Below are positions 51,952 to 59,683 of a stretch of 59,683 nt of DNA, piece by piece. Every line of letters starts with the position of its first letter. The first letter of the stretch is position 1. A model generated the notes under the pieces. The model had not been told where the DNA came from and did not search any database. It saw nothing but the letters and a program-made list of their open reading frames with translations. This DNA comes from Octopus bimaculoides. Lineage: Eukaryota. Both the position numbers and the translations under genes were made by a program. The DNA is taken from contig NC_068987.1 of NCBI RefSeq assembly GCF_001194135.2, positions 59,461,750-59,521,432 on the forward strand. Direction: 5' to 3'.

Positions 51952-51995
51952 ACACAATGTTTTGGCTGATGTACCCTCCAGACTTCATCAGGTGT
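51952..51995 (-). ncRNA. Minimal hammerhead motif, CpG-decayed copy
   Basis: Reverse strand reads acac-CTGATGA-A-GTCTG-N10-CAGCC-AAAAC-ATT-gtgt. Confidence 0.55.
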
Positions 51996-52192
51996 CTTGG
52001 GGAAATTTCGAACTTGGGTTCTCATTCCTAAGGTATTTTTCGCTGTAATTATTATTATTATTATTCAGGTCACAGCCTGGAATCGAACTCGGAATCTTTG
52101 GGTTAGTAGCCCGTGCTCTTAATTACTACTGAATAATAATTACATCGAAAAATACCTTAGAAATGAGAACTCAGGTTCGAAATTTCCCCAAG

Positions 52193-52236
52193 ACACCTGA
52201 TGAAGGCTGTGGGGTATATCAGCCGAAAAGTTGTGT
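52193..52236 (+). ncRNA. Minimal hammerhead motif, stem-III-mutated copy
   Basis: acac-CTGATGA-A-GGCTG-N10-CAGCC-GAAAA-GTT-gtgt (C15.2 changed to A). Confidence 0.65.
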
Positions 52237-53296
52237 TAACAACAAACAAGATGAGGACAAATATCCGTCAAATGTAAATAATGTACATAATTCCTCATGT
52301 CTTAAANNNNNNNNNNNNNNNNNNNNNNNNNNNNNNNNNNNNNNNNNNNNNNNNNNNNNNNNNNNNNNNNNNNNNNNNNNNNNNNNNNNNNNNNNNNNNN
52401 NNNNNNNNNNNNNNNNNNNNNNNNNNNNNNNNNNNNNNNNNNNNNNNNNNNNNNNNNNNNNNNNNNNNNNNNNNNNNNNNNNNNNNNNNNNNNNNNNNNN
52501 NNNNNNNNNNNNNNNNNNNNNNNNNNNNNNNNNNNNNNNNNNNNNNNNNNNNNNNNNNNNNNNNNNNNNATATATATACATACACACACACACACACAAA
52601 GTAAAATTATTGCTGTTATAAGAGGGTAACTTGCCTTCTGCAGTCGTTTGTTTACATTTGTCATCCTGTATTCCACAGTACACTACAGTAATGACAATTT
52701 ATTTACATTGCATGTGTTTATATATACACATCATCATCAGTTAAGGTACATTGTTTTCCCAGGTTAGCATGGGTTGGACGGGTTTTCTGAACCAGTGTTT
52801 TATGGTCAGATACCCCATCCTGTCGCCAGCCCTTTTAATCATTTCATATAACAAACACACACAGTGGTACAATATACCTATTTACAGTGTATCGAAGGAT
52901 GTCACTTTTTCATTTCCTCACGGCAAATAGGACATCTGTTGATACTAATTACTGACGCAGTTTCCTTGTGCGTGTGTGTATACACACACACGCTTAGTAT
53001 AACTAGCTAGAATCATAGTTATGAATTCAACTTATTTTATATAACACGTTAAATACTAGTAAAGGCCAGTAAAAATACGTTTTTATTTATTTGATTTTCG
53101 ATCACAATATTCAAGAGAAAAACTCTTTCTGTTTATTGGATATTGAATTACAAGGAAGTTGAGTTCAAATTAAATTACACACAATAGTTTGAAGTGTTTT
53201 TGTTTTTCAAAAAAAAGGGAGTGGATATGTTAGAACAAACAAAACATTGTGATATGAGAAGATAGATCACAATATTAATAAACATCGAAACATTAC

Positions 53297-53576
53297 CTTG
53301 GTTCATAGCAGTCTTTTGTCGGCCTCGCCATATCATCGATGTTCCGAAGTGTAGATTCTCGTTATTAGTTTTTCTGATTTCCTTCCGAATGTTAAACAAA
53401 CTGTATGACAGTTCGCCAAAGAAGGAAGACACAAATACAATAAGGACGGCCGAAACAACACCTGCCAGAAACACACAAGCCAGTAAAGTTTGTGGCATGT
53501 TATCAGAGTTTATTTTGGACAAAAAGATTTGCTTAGTCGACGACTGAAGCATTGGGCAATTATTTTCATGTCCCAT
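53297..53576 (-). CDS. FICD: FICD coding exon 1 (N-terminus and single TM segment, 93 codons + 1 nt)
   Basis: ATG in gaaaATGG context at 53576. Encodes a hydrophobic segment TLLACVFLAGVVSAVLIVFVSSFF. Ends CAAG|gtaatg (phase 1), matching the phase-1 start (AG GTT AAA) of the next exon. The three exons join to 1377 nt = 458 aa + stop with no frameshift. Small intermediate exons cannot be excluded. Confidence 0.8.
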
Positions 53577-54900
53577 TTTCTTTGCTGTTAGTCACCTGTT
53601 CGCCGAAATTTTCGCCATATTCCTTCTGAAGTGACACGATAGCATTAAAGTGTTGAGATAATATTATTTCGCTTCGAATCTTACATTCATAAACGGATAA
53701 GTCTTGTAATAAAAGCTGCTAACAGAGCGATAATTATGTCAAAAGATTTAATATTCAGTAGTTTCTTTTGTAACCATTTGCTGAAATATTTATGAGATAA
53801 TCCGAATTGGTGTAAACTTGTCAATATTTAACTGGTTTCCTTACATTCGCTGCATATAGTCAAGGGGGGTAACTCTTAATTCTTCATTTCTATTTACGCA
53901 TTTTTAGATTTTAACACGGGTTGGAATTAAAAAGATTATTATTAGATATTTTTGTAATGTCATTCTCGCATTTCTTTTTTTATATTAGTATATCCGAATT
54001 TAGACGCTGATATTTTTTCCTGTTCTCCTCTGCGTGGCAAAAAGCGTAAGGTTTCTTCGAAGTGGAAACGCTTATTGTTGTCATTTATTTGTATCACAAT
54101 ACCTAACGGAATTTTTTCTTTTGTCAAGGCAAACTGGTATAATTTTACTATTATACTCATGAGATAAGTGTAACAATAAAAATTTAGAGGTAAAGGGTGT
54201 TGGATCGGAGGAAGGTTGTAAAATGTTAAATCATTTTGGAGAAAAAAACTGCTTACAGAGAAGGAAACAATTGCCCAATTCTTTGCCTTCTTTCTTCTCC
54301 ATGAAGTGGTGATAGCTATTCTGCAAGTCCGCCGATCAGTGTTTTGAGACGAGTGTAATAGTAAATATTTATCGTAAAATGTCACATATACCATACTGAT
54401 ACCTATCTCAAAGTCTTAAACACAAAAATGAAATGCTCTGGGAATGAATTGGTTGATGGGTTTGAATCGCTGGAATTTTACCTGTTTTCCTCAGCACTCG
54501 AGATATCTTCTTCTGTCATGGGATGTTTCGAAGCCTACAGTCCAAGTAAATAAAATACTTAGTGATACTGTGTTCTCATTATTTACAACAGAACTGCCAT
54601 TCCTATGACAAATGAGAGGGCCAGGATATAGAAAGTTACAGATCTGCCGTGCACGCACCGTAACACCAAAGACCCGAATCAAGTTGTTCATTTGACTCCT
54701 CCACAGACCTTCCGGTTATTTTCTTGATTTCATAGGATACATGAAGTTGATTTATAGACATACAAGGCATTACTGATTTCCAGTATTTGGTTTCATTCAT
54801 TCCTGTATTCGGATTTAAAATCTTACCAGAATTTAATTTTTGCTTTTTCCTGCGTTCCATCGCTGTTTTGTCTCCAGTCATTATTACTCGTCATACCAAG
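53577..54900 (-). promoter_or_regulatory. Probable FICD promoter / 5' region
   Basis: Non-repetitive and CpG-retaining, unlike the CpG-poor gene bodies on either side. Contains an ATGGCG (YY1-like) motif 42 nt upstream of the ATG. TSS not determinable from sequence. Confidence 0.5.
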
Positions 54901-54930
54901 GATACATTATAGGTCATGTACCTAATGTTA

Positions 54931-55244
54931 TCATCATCATCATCATCGTTTAACGTCCGCTTTCCATGCTAGCCTGGGTTGGACGATTTGACTGAGGACT
55001 GGTGAAACCAGATGGCTAGACCAGGCTCCAATCTGATTTGGCAGAGTTTCTACAGCTGGATGCCCTTCCTAACGCCAACCACTCAGAGAGTGTAGTGGCT
55101 GCTTTTACGTGCCACCGGCACGAAAGCCAGTCAGGCGGTACTGGCAACGGCCATGCTCAAAATGGTGTATTTTATGCGCCACCCACACAAGAGCCAGTGC
55201 AGGGGCACTGGCAACAATCTCGCTCGAAAATCCTTACACATGTC
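54931..55244 (-). mobile_element. SINE family C between ACP1 and FICD
   Basis: Reverse complement of 29420-29691 with high identity. Confidence 0.85.
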
Positions 55245-56144
55245 NNNNNNNNNNNNNNNNNNNNNNNNNNNNNNNNNNNNNNNNNNNNNNNNNNNNNNNN
55301 NNNNNNNNNNNNNNNNNNNNNNNNNNNNNNNNNNNNNNNNNNNNNNNNNNNNNNNNNNNNNNNNNNNNNNNNNNNNNNNNNNNNNNNNNNNNNNNNNNNN
55401 NNNNNNNNNNNNNNNNNNNNNNNNNNNNNNNNNNNNNNNNNNNNNNNNNNNNNNNNNNNNNNNNNNNNNNNNNNNNNNNNNNNNNNNNNNNNNNNNNNNN
55501 NNNNNNNNNNNNNNNAAAATACTATCACAGATCCAGTCTGTTATACCCCTTCCTCTATAAAGGTTTGTTTTGAGACTAGAGTTTAGGAAAGAAAATATCA
55601 ATGATGAAAATTTCAAAAGTGTTGAAGATAGACGAAACAGCAGAAATCTAGACGAAATAAGTTCCAGTATTTAGTTTAGCACCAAAGTAAGAATTAAAAT
55701 TTGGATGGTATTTATATGATTTTAATTTACACCCCTCTAGGATTAATTAAGTATATATCAGGTCAATTCCAATGCCTCTAACAAAAAAAAAAAAAGACAA
55801 ATTTTTTTCAGTAAGCATGCGTACATATTTGACTGGTCTGTAGAAGAAATCCACTCCATCTGTCTCTCTATATACTGCTAAAATTCTGTGATTGCTAGCT
55901 TGCATGCGTGCTTGTCTGTAATTTAATAAAGCCAAACCAGCACATAATGGGAAAATACTCTGAAAGTAAAGTAACCCCGAAATGTGAATACAAATGGAAT
56001 AAAACAGGTTTCACATAAATAAGACCATGGAATCCCAAGATATGCAGTTTTTTTGACCTCTAGAAGAGTCATTCTTATATCACTGATGCAAAACCAGCCT
56101 TGTACCTAATTAAAAAGAAGACAACAATGAAAAGTTATAGAGAC

Positions 56145-56150
56145 TTTATT
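56145..56150 (-). terminator. Putative ACP1 polyadenylation signal AATAAA
   Basis: AATAAA on the minus strand about 190 nt after the ACP1 stop. Position is plausible but unverified. Confidence 0.4.
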
Positions 56151-56342
56151 ATTGTTTTAAAGATTTTAACATTTTTAGAATTAATTCATTAAGTTTTTTC
56201 AATAATCACTCAAAAGATATTTAAAGATATTTTGTCCATAATTATAAGAAATTTAGAGCTCGTTTGTCCAGATTTGTAAGAAATTTAAAGCTTGCATGAT
56301 TCTTAGCAAAGTCCTTGAAGAGTCCAGACAGTTTCGTTAGAG

Positions 56343-56420
56343 TTAATTAAAAGATTCTAAAAATGCTTTACAGCAACGATAACACTGGTCATATACAGGG
56401 TAAAACTCAGCTTGTGTATC
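56343..56420 (-). CDS. ACP1: ACP1 / LMW-PTP last coding exon (not in the supplied ORF track)
   Basis: Acceptor gtatttttcag|GAT, phase 0 as required. DTQAEFYPVYDQCYRCCKAFLESFN* matches human [25 protein letters not shown]. Upstream exons, including the CX5R P-loop, lie beyond the window end. Confidence 0.9.
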   Translation of the reverse strand, partial: DTQAEFYPVYDQCYRCCKAFLESFN

Positions 56421-57703
56421 CTGAAAAATACAACAGAACATGACAATAAGTTTTTTTATCTAGCTGAACTAAAAGCATATTTTCCCCCATATTTTAAAAT
56501 AAGAACAGACTAAAGACCGAGATGCCAGCACCATGATGTACTCAAGAAGACTTGTACTTCACAATAGAAGTGTTAAGCCAACTGGTGAAGAAGATTGGCC
56601 TGCAAGAGTCCTGTGCCGGTACCACATAAAAAAGCGCTCATGCTGGTGCCGCATAAAAACACCCAATACATTCTGTAAAGTGGTTGGCGTTAGGAAGGGC
56701 ATCCAGCTGTAGAAACCATGCCAAATCAGACTGGAGCCTGGTGCAGTTTTCCAGCTTGCCAACACTGGTTGAACCGTCCAAATCATTCCAACATGGATAA
56801 TGGATATTAAGTGATGATGATGATTTTACATTAAACTGGGAACAATTTTTTTCATTTATCACCATTAGCTAGTGGTTTGCAAAAATTATTTTTGTCATAT
56901 TTGCCTAAAAATAGGAATGTCTATGTGGTCAAAAAGTTTGCTTCACAACCACATGGTTCTGTGATTATTTCCCCCACGACAAGTCATTCTGAGCAAATGT
57001 TTGCTAGTATAATAACCTCAGGCTGATCAATAACTTTTGTGCATAATTTGGTTGAGAGAAAGTTAGCTGAGGCCTGTCATATGTAATTGTGTGTGTGTGT
57101 GTGTGTGTGTGTGCATGCATGTGTGTGTATGTTATGTCAATCTAAAAATCCAGTGGTTTTTATGTTGTGTTCCAGCTGTTCAACAGATTAATGAAACAGG
57201 TGCTAGACTGAAGTATATACTGGGTTTGGTTTCATTGACCAAACCCTTCAAAGTAGTGCCTCAACATGGCTACAGTCTAATAACTGAAACTGGTGAACGA
57301 AAAAATACCTCCAAGCTTTCAGACATAAAAATAAAGTTCACCTGTCATGTCCTACATTAAGTAATATTGTCTTTTTATTGTTTACATAGCCTTCATTAGG
57401 CTAATCTATAGTACTGAGTTAATTGACTGAATGTTTTGGGGTACTACAGTTCTATATTTAAGAGATGAGGAATTATTTACATTTGACGGATAATAATATT
57501 ATGGGGTACACTCACCACATATACCAGATAGTCCTGTCAGTTCTCAGAACCACAAACATTTAGCTGCATGTTTTACACACAAGCAATTTGGTTATGTAAG
57601 GCTTATTTCTTATTTAGCTTGATTGCATATAACTGATGTCACTTTTGGTGGCTTCAGTTAAGACAGGCAGAGTGTGCAAGAAATCATTTCTATGTGTTTT
57701 TAA

Positions 57704-57981
57704 CCCATTACCTACCAGTGATCTCATATGAGATCACTTAAAAATTACAAATTTTGTAATTATCTGTCAATATTTACACATATCTAACCTTTTTGCTATA
57801 TCTACTAGGTATATTTCTCTGATATTCAAATGAGGTTTGCTAATTTTTCACCCAATATCTCGCTTATTTCTATTTGAAATGTTATTTTGATCATTCCAGT
57901 GTGTTTCTAAGGCTGTTTTATGCTAGAAATCAAAGTTTCATAAAAAAAATTCCAGTTAATAGAATTATGGGAGGTAATGGG
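57704..57981. mobile_element. TTAA MITE family 3 (ACP1 last intron)
   Basis: TTAA|CCCATTACCTACCA...TGGGAGGTAATGGG|TTAA. Confidence 0.8.
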
Positions 57982-59285
57982 TTAAATGTTCTTTAAATGT
58001 TTGTATATAAGTAATGAAAGAAAAGAAAAAAAATTGCTTAATATCATGTACATTAATTAACTTTTCTACTTTGAATTTTAGCTATACACTGATTTTAATC
58101 AAGTTTAAATCCAATACTTGTGTATTTTGAAACAGTCAATTGAGACTACTTTTGTTCTTTAACATTATTCTATTTATTTGGATAAACACTTATATTTGTG
58201 AATTATTCCCACATGCTGTTTTTTTTTTTTACATTCTATTTATTATTCAGATGACGGGAAAATTTTACAAACAAAATTTCACCAGTTGAAAATGCACATG
58301 AAATATCAACTCTTCTCTAATACTAGATCAAACTTGTTTCTAACTACTGAACACCATTGAAATATTTATTTATCGCTTTTTAAAGTCTTTTTCAATGACT
58401 TAATCAGAGGAACAACTGTGTTCCTGATGTTTTACAGAGCTTCTTTCAGGGAAGAAAAGATAACCTTGGACAGGAGAACTAACCTAAATATTTACAACAG
58501 GATGTACTCCACTAAAGGTATCCATGATCCTGGTAGTGCTGCTAAACAGGGCAGCAGATATGCTTACAGCTTGTGCTGTGATGAGAATGACACTCAGTTG
58601 AAGTAGCTGATTTCTGAATCTCTTTAAAAGGACACACTACAGTAGTGAAGCAAGATAAGGCTTGAAATTAGTACAGCTATCTTACAAAGGCAGCTATAAA
58701 AATTCAGCACTGAAATGTGTCTCACATAGTGAAATTCAGCACTGAAATGTGTCTCACATGGTGCTTATTTACAGCTAAGTGGACTGAGCTAACTAAAAAT
58801 AGTGATAATGTGACATTGGTAATATCTTGCAAACATAGGCTGTGATTTTCCTACATGCCTAGAGTAGGTAAACATAAGATTGCATTCTTTCAAAGAGATT
58901 GAGAACTTGTTTGATAGGATGTCAGCTTACTGGCTAAAATATTGAGCAATTTAACCCATTACTTCTGCTATACTATGACAAAACTCTTGTTGACATATAC
59001 CCCCTACCAGTAAATAGATATGTTGGTGAAGTATAATTCACTTCCATAGATGACGGGAACATGACATCTTTCATTTGTTTATTTTAAAATACTAAATAGA
59101 ACTCTTCATATTGTACTAGAGAAGGCAACAGGAATCAGCTCCAGTGTATACTTAGCAAAATGATTTTGATAAACTAATCAGGATTACTGTGAGTTCATGC
59201 TCCAAGCAACACCAGCAATTGCATAAAAACGGAACAACAAAACAATAATAATATTAATAATAATGATGTATTCAGAAATGCTTAC

Positions 59286-59388
59286 AAAATATGGATCTGG
59301 AATAATGAGGACTTTCTGTGGATCCCATTTTCCTAAAAGTTCAACTTTTGCTTTCTGTTTGTTGCTGCCACAAACCATAGACAGATCT
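59286..59388 (-). CDS. ACP1: ACP1 / LMW-PTP penultimate coding exon
   Basis: Acceptor ttactttcttcag|A, donor TTT|gtaagc. (R)DLSMVCGSNKQKAKVELLGKWDPQKVLIIPDPYF matches human [36 protein letters not shown], including the general-acid DPY motif. Confidence 0.9.
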
Positions 59389-59440
59389 CTGAAGAAAGTA
59401 AAATGAAAATGATTTACATAATGATTTTCAATGAATTACA

Positions 59441-59683
59441 GGATAAACCTCTGTACCTGGCTTTCGTTGACATGGAGAAAGCCTTTGACAGGGTCCCCCG
59501 ATCCCTTATCTGGTGGTCAATGAGGAAACTTGGGATAGAAGAATGGCTAGTGAGAGCTGTGCGAGCCATGTACAGAGATGCGGCCAGTAAGGTGAGGGTT
59601 GGAAATGAGTACAGCAATGAATTCCGGGTAGAGGTAGGGGTCCACCAAGGTTCCGTCCTCAGCCCCCTATTATTTACCATAGT
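59441..59683 (+). mobile_element. RTE-clade LINE reverse-transcriptase fragment (continues beyond the window)
   Basis: Open frame from 59442: DKPLYLAFVDMEKAFDRVPRSLIWWSMRKLG...GVHQGSVLSPLLFTIV. Confidence 0.92.

Larger units (their letters stand above)
51905..52306. mobile_element. Inverted dimer of the same tRNA-head/hammerhead element (FICD intron 1)
   Basis: Arms 51905-52057 (minus) and 52131-52286 (plus) are reverse complements of about 150 bp. The loop is the antisense tRNA-like head. Confidence 0.75.

Noticed and set aside
53960-54881. Three minus-strand ORFs and donor-like sites (54481, 54826) between ACP1 and FICD
   Set aside because: No recognisable homology and no consistent spliced frame; at most 5'-UTR exons.
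12981-55616. Long ORFs full of X (e.g. 12981-13960, 19451-20518, 27526-28165, 30627-31483, 55038-55616)
   Set aside because: They run through N gaps, where no stop codon can be seen.
58418-58640. Plus ORF 58418-58606 and a possible minus exon (T|gtaagc) in the ACP1 last intron
   Set aside because: The two called ACP1 exons join directly and match the human C-terminus without it.
59414-59680. Minus-strand 88-aa ORF
   Set aside because: Antisense shadow of the RTE reverse-transcriptase frame.

Overview
AT-rich, gapped eukaryotic genomic DNA. The SINE, MITE and microsatellite content points to an octopus (coleoid cephalopod); this is an inference from repeat style. Two spliced genes lie head-to-tail on the minus strand. 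(1) A complete 3-exon FICD/HYPE AMPylase: CDS 53576-53297, 40830-40634, 40182-39283, 458 aa, with TM, TPRs, inhibitory TNAIEG and [12 protein letters not shown] motifs. (2) The last two coding exons of the low-molecular-weight phosphotyrosine phosphatase ACP1: 59388-59286 and 56420-56343. The rest is transposon-derived: several tRNA-type SINE families, RTE, CR1, Tx1 and Penelope retroelement fragments, a defective maT-like (DD37D) Tc1/mariner, a deleted mariner, two Helitron-like elements and TTAA-targeting piggyBac-type MITEs. The most striking unexplained signal is three separate families of hammerhead-ribozyme motifs. One is a well-formed type I hammerhead with a long stem I (43019-43104). 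One is a tRNA-headed, hammerhead-tailed element that forms inverted dimers at two independent loci (12.1-12.65 kb and 51.9-52.3 kb). One is a 188-nt-period tandem with a CUGUUGA core variant (14.8-15.1 kb). Also notable are an in-frame uORF with a leaky UGA-CUA stop just ahead of the FICD ATG, and a CpG-depleted domain (about 22-39 kb) with no recognisable CDS that may hide a transcription unit. All calls come from reading the sequence by eye; no searches were run.
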